A stretch of 63,892 nucleotides of DNA, the filler included, from Aduncisulcus paluster (taxonomy: Eukaryota), in the NCBI GenBank assembly GCA_024181965.1. It is 3 parts of 3 records of this genome, joined end to end, with 100 filler letters (N's around TTAATTAATTAA, not from the genome) between each part and the next. Parts side by side here need not be neighbours in the genome. Positions count along the whole stretch, not along the records: positions 29,567 to 58,109 come from BQXS01012695.1; 2 more parts are not named here. One strand, given 5' to 3'. Under the pieces are notes generated by a model. It saw only the letters and a program-made list of their open reading frames with translations. It made no database searches and was not told the origin of the DNA. Both the position numbers and the translations under genes were made by a program. Positions 44,501 to 55,773 of the stretch are shown here, one piece after another (positions within the stretch are counted from its first letter, which is position 1; each line of letters opens with the position of its first letter).

Positions 44501-47500
44501 GTTGAACCTACAGTTAAAGAGGAAGAAGAAGGNNNNNNNNNNNNNNNNNNNNGAGAGAAGAAGAAGCAATGGAACAAGAAAGAAAGAGAAAAGAAGAAGA
44601 AGCGGAGGAAGAAAAGGAAGAGAAGGAAGCGGAGGAAGAGGTGGAAGAGGGAAAGGAAGAAGAAGAAGCGGAAGAGAAGGAAGTTAAAGAAGCTGAAGTT
44701 GAAAAGGAAGAAAGCGAAGAGAAGGAAGAAGAAGAGGAAGAGAAAGAGGAGGATGAAGCCGAGGAAGAGGAAGAGGAAGAAGAAGAAGAAGAAGAAGAAG
44801 AAGAAGAAGAAGAAGAAGAATCAGACGAAGAATCAGACGAAGAAGAAGAGGAGGAGGAATCCGTTAATCCCGTTGAACCTACAGTTGAACCTACAGTTAA
44901 AGAGGAAGAAGAAGNNNNNNNNNNNNNNNNNNNNAAAGAGAAAAGAAGAAGAAGCGGAGGAAGAAAAGGAAGAGAAGGAAGCGGAGGAAGAGGTGGAAGA
45001 GGGAAAGGAAGAAGAAGAAGCGGAAGAGAAGGAAGTTAAAGAAGCTGAAGTTGAAAAGGAAGAAAGCGAAGAGAAGGAAGAAGAAGAGGAAGAGAANNNN
45101 NNNNNNNNNNNNNNNNAAGAGGAAGAGAAAGAGGAGGATGAAGCCGAGGAAGAGGAAGAGGAAGAAGAAGAAGAAGAAGAAGAAGAAGAAGAAGAAGAAG
45201 AAGAATCAGACGAAGAATCAGACGAAGAAGAAGAGGAGGAGGAATCCGTTAATCCCGTTGAACCTACAGTTGAACCTACAGTTAAAGAGGAAGAAGAAGG
45301 AGTNNNNNNNNNNNNNNNNNNNNGAAGAAGAAGAGAGAGAGAGGAAGAGGAGAGAAGAAGAAGCAATGGAACAAGAAAGAAAGAGAAAAGAAGAAGAAGC
45401 GGAGGAAGAAAAGGAAGAGAAGGAAGCGGAGGAAGAGGTGGAAGAGGGAAAGGAAGAAGAAGAAGCGGAAGAGAAGGAAGGTAAAGAAGCTGAAGTTGAA
45501 AAGGAAGAAAGCGAAGAGAAGGAAGAAGAAGAGGAAGAGAAAGAGGAGGATGAAGCCGAGGAAGAGGAAGAGGAAGAAGNNNNNNNNNNNNNNNNNNNNA
45601 GGAAGAAGAAGAGGAAGAGAAAGAGGAGGATGAAGCCGAGGAAGAGGAAGAGGAAGAAGAAGAAGAAGAAGAAGAAGAAGAAGAAGAAGAAGAAGAATCA
45701 GACGAAGAATCAGACGAAGAAGAAGAGGAGGAGGAATCCGTTAATCCCGTTGAACCTACAGTTGAACCTACAGTTAAAGAGGAAGAAGAAGNNNNNNNNN
45801 NNNNNNNNNNNGAGAGAAGAAGAAGCAATGGAACAAGAAAGAAAGAGAAAAGAAGAAGAAGCGGAGGAAGAAAAGGAAGAGAAGGAAGCGGAGGAAGAGG
45901 TGGAAGAGGGAAAGGAAGAAGAAGAAGCGGAAGAGAAGGAAGTTAAAGAAGCTGAAGTTGAAAAGGAAGAAAGCGAAGAGAAGGAAGAAGAAGAGGAAGA
46001 GAAAGAGGAGGATGAAGCCGAGGAAGAGGAAGAGGAAGAAGAAGAAGAAGAAGAAGAAGAAGAAGAAGAAGAAGAAGAATCAGACGAAGAATCAGACGAA
46101 GAAGAAGAGGAGGNNNNNNNNNNNNNNNNNNNNAGAGGAAGAGGAGAGAAGAAGAAGCAATGGAACAAGAAAGAAAGAGAAAAGAAGAAGAAGCGGAGGA
46201 AGAAAAGGAAGAGAAGGAAGCGGAGGAAGAGGTGGAAGAGGGAAAGGAAGAAGAAGAAGCGGAAGAGAAGGAAGTTAAAGAAGCTGAAGTTGAAAAGGAA
46301 GAAAGCGAAGAGAAGGAAGAAGAAGAGGAAGAGAAAGAGGAGGATGAAGCCGAGGAAGAGGAAGAGGAAGAAGAAGAAGAAGAAGAAGAAGAAGAAGAAG
46401 AAGAAGAAGAATCAGACGAAGAATCAGACGAAGAAGAAGAGGAGGAGNNNNNNNNNNNNNNNNNNNNAAGAAGAGAGAGAGAGGAAGAGGAGAGAAGAAG
46501 AAGCAATGGAACAAGAAAGAAAGAGAAAAGAAGAAGAAGCGGAGGAAGAAAAGGAAGAGAAGGAAGCGGAGGAAGAGGTGGAAGAGGGAAAGGAAGAAGA
46601 AGAAGCGGAAGAGAAGGAAGTTAAAGAAGCTGAAGTTGAAAAGGAAGAAAGCGAAGAGAAGGAAGAAGAAGAGGAAGAGAAAGAGGAGGATGAAGCCGAG
46701 GAAGAGGAAGAGGAAGAAGAAGAAGAAGAAGNNNNNNNNNNNNNNNNNNNNGAAGAAAGAAGAAGGAAGAGGAGAGAAGAGCAAGAAATGAGAGAATGGA
46801 TGCAAAGACAAGAAGAAGAAGAGAGAGAGAGGAAGAGGAGAGAAGAAGAAGCAATGGAACAAGAAAGAAAGAGAAAAGAAGAAGAAGCGGAGGAAGAAAA
46901 GGAAGAGAAGGAAGCGGAGGAAGAGGTGGAAGAGGGAAAGGAAGAAGAAGAAGCGGAAGAGAAGGAAGTTAAAGAAGCTGAAGTTGAAAAGGAAGAAAGC
47001 GAAGAGAAGGAAGAAGAAGAGGAAGAGAAAGAGGAGGATGAAGCCGAGGAAGAGGAAGAGGNNNNNNNNNNNNNNNNNNNNGGAAGAGGAGAGAAGAGCA
47101 AGAAATGAGAGAATGGATGCAAAGACAAGAAGAAGAAGAGAGAGAGAGGAAGAGGAGAGAAGAAGAAGCAATGGAACAAGAAAGAAAGAGAAAAGAAGAA
47201 GAAGCGGAGGAAGAAAAGGAAGAGAAGGAAGCGGAGGAAGAGGTGGAAGAGGGAAAGGAAGAAGAAGAAGCGGAAGAGAAGGAAGTTAAAGAAGCTGAAG
47301 TTGAAAAGGAAGAAAGCGAAGAGAAGGAAGAAGANNNNNNNNNNNNNNNNNNNNCGAGAAGAAAGAAGAAGGAAGAGGAGAGAAGAGCAAGAAATGAGAG
47401 AATGGATGCAAAGACAAGAAGAAGAAGAGAGAGAGAGGAAGAGGAGAGAAGAAGAAGCAATGGAACAAGAAAGAAAGAGAAAAGAAGAAGAAGCGGAGGA

Positions 47501-50500
47501 AGAAAAGGAAGAGAAGGAAGCGGAGGAAGAGGTGGAAGAGGGAAAGGAAGAAGAAGAAGCGGAAGAGAAGGAAGTTAAAGAAGCTGAAGTTGAAAAGGAA
47601 GAAAGCGAAGAGAAGGAAGAAGAAGAGGAAGAGAAAGAGGAGGATGAAGCCGAGGAAGAGGAAGAGGAAGAAGAAGAAGNNNNNNNNNNNNNNNNNNNNG
47701 AAGAAAGAAGAAGGAAGAGGAGAGAAGAGCAAGAAATGAGAGAATGGATGCAAAGACAAGAAGAAGAAGAGAGAGAGAGGAAGAGGAGAGAAGAAGAAGC
47801 AATGGAACAAGAAAGAAAGAGAAAAGAAGAAGAAGCGGAGGAAGAAAAGGAAGAGAAGGAAGCGGAGGAAGAGGTGGAAGAGGGAAAGGAAGAAGAAGAA
47901 GCGGAAGAGAAGGAAGTTAAAGAAGCTGAAGTTGAAAAGGAAGAAAGCGAAGAGAAGGAAGAAGAAGAGGAAGAGAAAGAGGAGGATGAAGCCGAGGAAG
48001 AGGAAGAGGAAGAAGAAGAAGAAGAAGAAGAAGAAGAAGAAGAAGAAGAAGAATCAGACGAAGAATCAGACGAAGAAGAAGAGGAGGAGGAATCCGTTAA
48101 TCCCGTTGAACCTACAGTTGAACCTACAGTTAAAGAGGAAGAAGAAGGAGTTCCTTTAACACCCACAGATCCATCACTTCAGTTCCAGCCGTCTTCAGAG
48201 CCTACACCAATATCTGAGAAAAACACAGGAATGGGTGATCAAATTGATGGTGAAATGGGTAATCAAATGGGTAATCAAATGGGTAATCAAATGGGTGATC
48301 AAGAAGAGCTTGTACAATGTCAAGAACTTGGATATGTTCCTCTTAGTGCTCCCAAACGTCCAATTTTCCCTTTCCCACCATTGGCTTTATCCAATGCTTG
48401 TTTCTTATTTGGATGTTCTTCATGTCATGTTTACACTGGTGTTGCTTGTGAAAAAGATGAAGGTGATGATATATTCGACATTCCCACTGAAGCAGAAGAG
48501 AAGGAAGAAAGAGAAGAGAAGGAAGCAGAAGAAGAGGAAGAGAAGGAAGAAGAAGCAGAAGAAGAGAAGGAAGAGGAAGAGGAAGAGGAGGAAGAGGAAG
48601 AGGAAGAAGAGGAGGAAGAAGTCAAATCAGAAGAAGAGATAGCTGTAAGTGAAACAGTTCAACCATCCATTTCCAAAAAACCACTCAAAAAGCAAAAGCC
48701 TGCCCTTCAAGGTGATGATTGTTCATATGTCCATTTATATACTCATAACAACACTGTTCATCGTATTCGTGCTTTTGAACCTCTCTCTGAGTCTATATCT
48801 GAATCAGAAGAATCAGAAAGAGAAGACAGAGAAGACAGAGAAGAGCTTGAACGTGAGCATCGACATGTACATCGACACGTGCATAGAGTTAAATCAGGGA
48901 GTGTTGTATGTATTCGTAATTGTGTATGGCTTTGTGTATTTACATGTGAATGTGGAGAATCACGAATGATTATATTCGACGAAGGAAGAAGAAGAAGAAG
49001 AAAAAGGAAAAGAAGAAGGAACTGCAGGAAATGAAGGTAGAAGCTGTGAGAAAATATCTATAAATAGATCAATTAATTCTATAGATATGGATCCCTTGCA
49101 CCCAGAATACTTAAAGTACCTTAAACAACTTCAACTCGCAGAATCAGAAGAGCAAAGAGAAGAGCAAGGAGAAGAGGAGAGGAAAAAGAAAGAAAGCGTC
49201 AGTAAGTCTAAGTCTCATAGTAAGTCTAAGTATAATAAGTCTAAATCAAGAGATAATCTTTCTACATCTTTCCCCATTCCACTTATAACCTCCAACACTC
49301 TCACTGACCTTTTAGTTGAACTATATCCACACAGAAGACGTGAGATCTGTTCCTTACAACCTTATGTAAAAGATATCGTATTGTCTTTGATTCCGTCTCA
49401 TATTCATAAACATTTCTCTGATTATCCTATTCCTTTCTCTTCTTCTTCAACTTCTTCTTCAACTTCTTCTTCAACTTCTTCTTCTTCAATGGGAATGGTT
49501 GGTATATCTAATGGTTATCTTACATATCCTAATATTACTGCCTCTTCCTCTTCCTCTTCCTCTTCCTCTTCCTCTTCCTCTTCTTCAATTGAGAGTGAAG
49601 TAAGTCTAAGTATAATAAGTCTAAATCAAGAGATAATCTTTCTACATCTTTCCCCATTCCACTTATAACCTCCAACACTCTCACTGACCTTTTAGTTGAA
49701 CTATATCCACACAGAAGACGTGAGATCTGTTCCTTACAACCTTATGTAAAAGATATCGTATTGTCTTTGATTCCGTCTCATATTCATAAACATTTCTCTG
49801 ATTATCCTATTCCTTTCTCTTCTTCTTCAACTTCTTCTTCAACTTCTTCTTCAACTTCTTCTTCTTCAATGGGAATGGTTGGTATATCTAATGGTTATCT
49901 TACATATCCTAATATTACTGCCTCTTCCTCTTCCTCTTCCTCTTCCTCTTCCTCTTCCTCTTCTTCAATTGAGAGTGAAATGAATGAAACTTGGGAAAAG
50001 AAGAAGAGAGAAGAAGAGGAGAAGTTAAGGCAAGATGATAAAGATTTGATAATCACCATATCCACAGCGAATCCACCATGTTTGATTGTTTTAGCTGTTG
50101 AGCAAGTTAACATATTTGGATTAAAACATTCAATTGGTAACCAATGGTTCTTTAAACAAAGTTATGGAAAGTTTATTGATCTTCCACAATTAAAGAACTA
50201 CGTTGAAACCCCCAACGCCAATGTCAATGCCAATGCCAACAATAATGAAGACGAAATCGAAGAAGATGAGAAAGATCTAAAAATAGATGATGATGATGAT
50301 GATGATAAGTATCTAAATTCAATGCGTGGTGTGAGAGTTCTGAAACATAATAATGCCGTCACACCATGTCCTTTTACAAGAGAGATGTTCCCTGAGTTGA
50401 TATCTTGCATTTCGTTATCATTTATCCTTGAATCTTGCATTTCTATATTGCCTATATTTTCTCATCACCCTTCTTTGTTTGGTTTGTTATGGACTGAAAG

Positions 50501-53067
50501 AGAGAAGAAAGCAGGACAAAGTGTTGGAAGGAAGCATCGAAGCAATAGTTTAAGACAAGAAGAAAAGAGCAAGAAAAATGGAGGTCTCTCAAAGAAATCT
50601 CCTCTCTCCTCCTCCTCCTCCTCTTCTTCTTCTTCTTCCTCTTCTTCTTCATCTCAACAAGACCAAGGTAAAGCTGTGGCGTATGGTTCTAATTTCTTTA
50701 CTGTGGAACAGAATAGACAAGAAGAAATAGATCAACAGACCATTATGAAGAAATCTATAAATAGGATGAAAGGAAAACATCAATCTACTCAAAAAATACA
50801 TCCTACTCTTTCTCAATCTATAAATAGTACATCTTCAGCTCTTTCCTCATTCAAACAACAGCAACAAAATGATCATGCTAAAGTTGTATCTTACGATAAA
50901 CGTTACCAAGGTGAATCTAGAGAAAAACCTTCCTCTTCTTCTTCATCTCAACAAGACCAAGGTAAAGCTGTGGCGTATGGTTCTAATTTCTTTACTGTGG
51001 AACAGAATAGACAAGAAGAAATAGATCAACAGACCATTATGAAGAAATCTATAAATAGGATGAAAGGAAAACATCAATCTACTCAAAAAATACATCCTAC
51101 TCTTTCTCAATCTATAAATAGTACATCTTCAGCTCTTTCCTCATTCAAACAACAGCAACAAAATGATCATGCTAAAGTTGTATCTTACGATAAACGTTAC
51201 CAAGGTGAATCTAGAGAAAAACAAAGAAAAAAAGAACTAAAACGTTTGAAAAAATTACTCTATAAACAAAAAATGAACATTTTCCATACGATTGAAGAGG
51301 TTTCTTATGGCCAATATTGTTTCTTTGATTTACCTCCAAAAGTTAGATCTGAATTGGATATTGTATCTGTGACTTGTGCTGTGCAAAAAACTGGCTTTAG
51401 CGGAGAAGTTGATCAGGAATGGGAAAAAGAAGAACGTAAATTAAAGTTAGAAATGATGAAATTAGCTGCTGAAAAGGAAGGATATGTTATTGATGATAAG
51501 AATTGTAATATTAATTCTAATTCTAATTCAACAGCTCCCTCACTTTCATTAAAGATTATTTGTCTTTTACGATGTGGATTGATTTGTGTGTATGACAAAT
51601 CTCAATGGAATCCCGATGTTAATGCATTAACCCATCCTTTAGACACCTCATGTATTACAATCCCGCATTTACCATGTATGTTCTCACCCATTCCAATTTT
51701 ATCTTCTTGTATTAAACATTCTGTGAACAAAATTACTTCCGTTGGAGGTGAGAAAGTATGTGTTTGGTGGCAATCTGATGGAGATGATGTTAAAACAAGT
51801 GAAAAAGAGTGGGAATGGAGATCACAAGTGGAAGAAGGTCAGAAAAATGGATATAAAGGAATTGTAAGGAAATCTGAACAAGAAATGAAAGATTGGGTTG
51901 AATTAACTAGGATCCCACGAGCTCCGTTTTCTGATTTACATCCCAAGGTAATTGATTGTGTTTTTCATCAAAACGTTGAACATTATCACATTTCTTCTGC
52001 TCCTCGATCAGTAATAGTTGCTAGGGAACCCAGACATGGTATTGTAAGCATTCTCTCTCTCTCTTCTCTCTCTCCTCTTGCTCATTTTGAATCACATCAG
52101 GGCACAGTTGAAGAACTCTGTGTGATTTGTGTAGGTGATCAAAATGCCAGATTCAGAGAGAAAGAAGAGGATTGGGCAAGATGGGCCAAGAAACAAGAAG
52201 CAATATGGATGGAACATTCTCAAAAACTAAAAATAGGTGATGGAGATAAAGGAGAAGAGCTATCAGATCGAGATGAAGACGAGGATGAGAGTTCCGATTC
52301 CATTGTGCATGAAGCTGTCCATAATTTCTATGAATGAAACTTGGGAAAAGAAGAAGAGAGANNNNNNNNNNNNNNNNNNNNATCAGGGCACAGTTGAAGA
52401 ACTCTGTGTGATTTGTGTAGGTGATCAAAATGCCAGATTCAGAGAGAAAGAAGAGGATTGGGCAAGATGGGCCAAGAAACAAGAAGCAATATGGATGGAA
52501 CATTCTCAAAAACTAAAAATAGGTGATGGAGATAAAGGAGAAGAGCTATCAGATCGAGATGAAGACGAGGATGAGAGTTCCGATTCCATTGTGCATGAAG
52601 CTGTCCATAATTTCTATACTGATTATGTCGATCCTCTTTTGCCACCTATGAAGAGTTTTACAACGTTATCTCTTGATGTTTCTTCTTCTGCCTCATCTCC
52701 TGTTGGAACAACATATTCCCAAGCTTCTGATGTTCATTCGTACTTTATTTTGACTAGAAGCGGCAGTGAAGTTAAGTGTTTTGCAGAGGATGGAGTCAGA
52801 GTTGGAGTGGTTGATGTCGTTAAGCATGAGTTGGGAATTGATTATCACTCTAACAAACTCAGTGATTCAGATCTCATAAGTCATAAAGAAGAGAAGAACA
52901 AAGAGGAGAAAGATGAGAAAGAGGAGAAAGATGATGCTACTGCTACTGCAAACAATGAATTCTCTTTACAATGTGGGTGTTTCTTTAGTCATTCTGAAGG
53001 GAAAGTGGCAAGAATAGTCTTTGAAAGTGATGATATGACTCTATTGAAGAGCAAAGTGGTGAAATAA
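38516..53067 (+). CDS. Very large PTEN-like phosphatase (PTP + C2) with long Glu-rich regions; fragmented and multiply duplicated by assembly errors
   Basis: DLDLTFITDRIVAMGYP, FPDHNAPPL, HCKAGRGRTG, GVSVPSQLRYV; same-strand overlapping ORFs continue to stop at 53067 with no clear intergenic break. Confidence 0.6.
42630..48640. repeat. GAR-rich (poly-Glu coding) block reiterated many times across 20-N gaps
   Basis: Near-identical EEEAMEQERKRK...SVNPVEPTVEPTVK units separated by N20 gaps. Confidence 0.9.
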
Positions 53068-53798
53068 TCCGTGAGATTGTTCCAATCTGCTATTTTTAGA
53101 TTGATGAGAATGTTTGTTTATCTTTTTCTTAATGATGTGGAAATTTCAATGTCAATTTTAGATCTATTTTATTATTAATTTGCAAGCTAAATAATAGAAT
53201 TTCTATTTTTAGAATTTCTATTTTTAGAAATGAAGAAGTTTCTCCATAAGAACAAGCATATAAGGAATATATAAGTAGTAAGTATATTAGAACTGTTTTA
53301 AATTTTAAATTTTTGAAAACAAACCTTGAACAGTTTAAACTCTGAAAAGTGTAAACTTGAAGGATTAAAGTTGTTTGTTTGTTTGTTTTTCGATCAATTA
53401 ATTAATTATTAATTATTAATTTTAAATAAAACTTATTGAAAAAAAAAAAAAAAAAAAACGAAAATCAACAAGAATAATATTGAATCCATATATAGGGATT
53501 ATTCTGTTAAGTTTTTTTCAATCTTCTTCTGCACAAAACAACAGAAAAGAAAGTCAAATACTTTTTTTTTTCAAGCAATATATAAATAGAAAAAGTCCAA
53601 TAAAATCTGTAATATAATCAAGAAAATAAATAAATAAATAAATAAAAAATGTAGTTTTACGCCAGGAATTAGCTTTTAAAACTTAAAAACATCCTATTCT
53701 ATAGTATTGCACAAGGATGTGAGTAAGTGTGATGTCATATATATATATATATTGTCTTAAAGAAACATTTGCTTTGTCTCTGTAATAATCTAATAAAT

Positions 53799-55013
53799 TC
53801 AAGGAAATTGGATACTGAATCCACGTCTTGAATAAAAAGTATTTGACAACCTACCGACCCTTTTCCTCTTCGTTAAATCAGCTGTCTGTGATCTCACATG
53901 CCGAACACCATATCCATTCTTAATGGTCTCTTTCTCACCAGCTTTCTTGTCAATGTGAGAAAATACGCCCAATGTATGTGGAGGACGATGTTGTAAGCTT
54001 GCTCGAGGCAGCAAATCTCTTGTGACACCATTGGCACAAAATCCATTCGGAAGTTTGGATATTCCACGAGTTGAGGATAAAGAAAATCTACCAGAGGGTT
54101 CAACAAAGGTATGGCGATGAGTTCCAGTGACATATGAAGAATGTTGGAACGTTTTTTTCTTGTCTTCCAATTTTTTTAACTCGCTTTGTTTCTTTTTGAT
54201 GAGACCAACACCTACAGTGGTTTCGAAGGGAATTAATGGTTTGACACCATGGTTAGTGCCTGTCGTGGTGTGAAAATCTCTCTTTCCAAATGGGTTTTGG
54301 ATCATTTTGGAAAGACATTCACCTCGTCTATCACCCTTGATTGAAGAGTAATCAAGGGCAGATTGGCATCGTTTACCTCCACCACCAACAGTCGCTGAAT
54401 ATGATAAGAAGGGATAATGAAGCTTTTGAGAGGTCTGAAAACTCATATTTCTGCTATTGAAGATATGTTTAGGTTCGGAATCACGAGAACAGCGAACTTG
54501 TTTTCCAGAGCGAGGTTTAATGCCATAGAATGGGTCTACAGGTCTTTGTTGCGGCCTTGGTGGATCTTCAATGTTATCAGGATTGTATAAACCAGCTCGA
54601 TAAGCTCTTGGCCGATCAGATTTTGAAAAACTAGTTGGTTTAGGATCGACACCGGAACTTATTTGAACTAGACGTCCTTGAACTCTAATAGGATTTGAAA
54701 GACGGATTGTTCGAGATCCAGCAGTTTTAGAACGATGTAACTGCATATATGCGCTCTTTTGAGAATCCCTCAAAGTTGACACCATAACAACTTTTTGTTG
54801 CGGTTTAGTGTAATGTTTTGTGGGTGTTGGACCAGCTTTTATCTCTAAACTTTGAATATCTTGATCTAACGATCTCGTAAAGCCAGAATCCAAGGGTTTC
54901 TGTACTATAGTTCGACCCCGAAGTGGAAAAGCCGCTGTACGCGAAAAATTCCTACTATATGTTGTCGAATAGAGTGAAAATGGATCTGAGGGAGTAAAAA
55001 CTGTTTTTCTCAT
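53799..55013 (-). CDS. Basic, low-order protein; candidate axonemal microtubule inner protein
   Basis: Long ATG ORF (55013, open from 55052) with recurrent YSTTYSRNF / FQTSQKLHY / FHTTTGTNH / SGFTRS motifs. Confidence 0.6.
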   Translation of the reverse strand: MRKTVFTPSDPFSLYSTTYSRNFSRTAAFPLRGRTIVQKPLDSGFTRSLDQDIQSLEIKAGPTPTKHYTKPQQKVVMVSTLRDSQKSAYMQLHRSKTAGSRTIRLSNPIRVQGRLVQISSGVDPKPTSFSKSDRPRAYRAGLYNPDNIEDPPRPQQRPVDPFYGIKPRSGKQVRCSRDSEPKHIFNSRNMSFQTSQKLHYPFLSYSATVGGGGKRCQSALDYSSIKGDRRGECLSKMIQNPFGKRDFHTTTGTNHGVKPLIPFETTVGVGLIKKKQSELKKLEDKKKTFQHSSYVTGTHRHTFVEPSGRFSLSSTRGISKLPNGFCANGVTRDLLPRASLQHRPPHTLGVFSHIDKKAGEKETIKNGYGVRHVRSQTADLTKRKRVGRLSNTFYSRRGFSIQFP

Positions 55014-55773
55014 GCCAAAAAAATCGAAAAATTGAAATTTTTGAAAAATCATCGAGATATAATAGCTACAAATGCATTAAAAGGTCACAATCTTTGTTAA
55101 TCATGCTCCATTAAGTTTAATTAAAAATAAAGTTTCTCTCTAACCGTGTTAATATTGGCTAGAATTTCTGGGCCGGCTCAGCAGAAAAATACAGCCGGGC
55201 CGGCTATAGCCGGTAATAGAAAATTTCTATTAGAAATTATTTTAAATCTTTAAATAACATAATAATAAACATTCTGAAATTTAAATAATGACAATATTAA
55301 AATAAATGTTATAAAATAATTGTCAATCAAACAATAATCTTCTTATATTCAGCAATATAACAGATTCAGCAATATCAGTGGTTTTTGGCAACATCTGTAT
55401 TAGATATCTAACAAAATTCGAATCATTTTATTCCTTTTTCATGAAATTTTGAGGCTATTTTCCTTGCGGCACTGCCAGTCGCCGAACTTTGAAGGCCCCT
55501 TTCGTTTTTTTCCGAGTTCAGGAACTATGAACGCTTTGTCACGTTTTATAGATTTTCTCTTGATGGTCTAGTACTAACAGTACCTTTGGCTCGTCTCAGC
55601 CTTTTCCTTAGTTCAACATATTCCCATATTGGCCACAATAGTTGTGCTAGCAAATTTATTAAGGAGGTAGTGACCGGTACAGCCGGGGAATGCCGGTTAC
55701 CATCACATCACCCAACTAAGCCAACCGATAGCGTACCCGGGATAGGTCGCTATTTGTTTTACTTAAGAATGTT

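Noticed and set aside
42630..48640. Apparent large tandem array or CRISPR-like repeat-spacer structure
   Set aside because: Units are overlapping fragments of the same poly-Glu coding block separated by 20-N gaps, with no unique spacers; best explained as assembly stutter
49220..51222. 380-bp and 294-bp internal tandem duplications as real exon duplications
   Set aside because: The 380-bp one breaks frame, and its junction sequence ATGAATGAAACTTGGG reappears chimerically at 52329; likely misassembly, cannot be supported without reads
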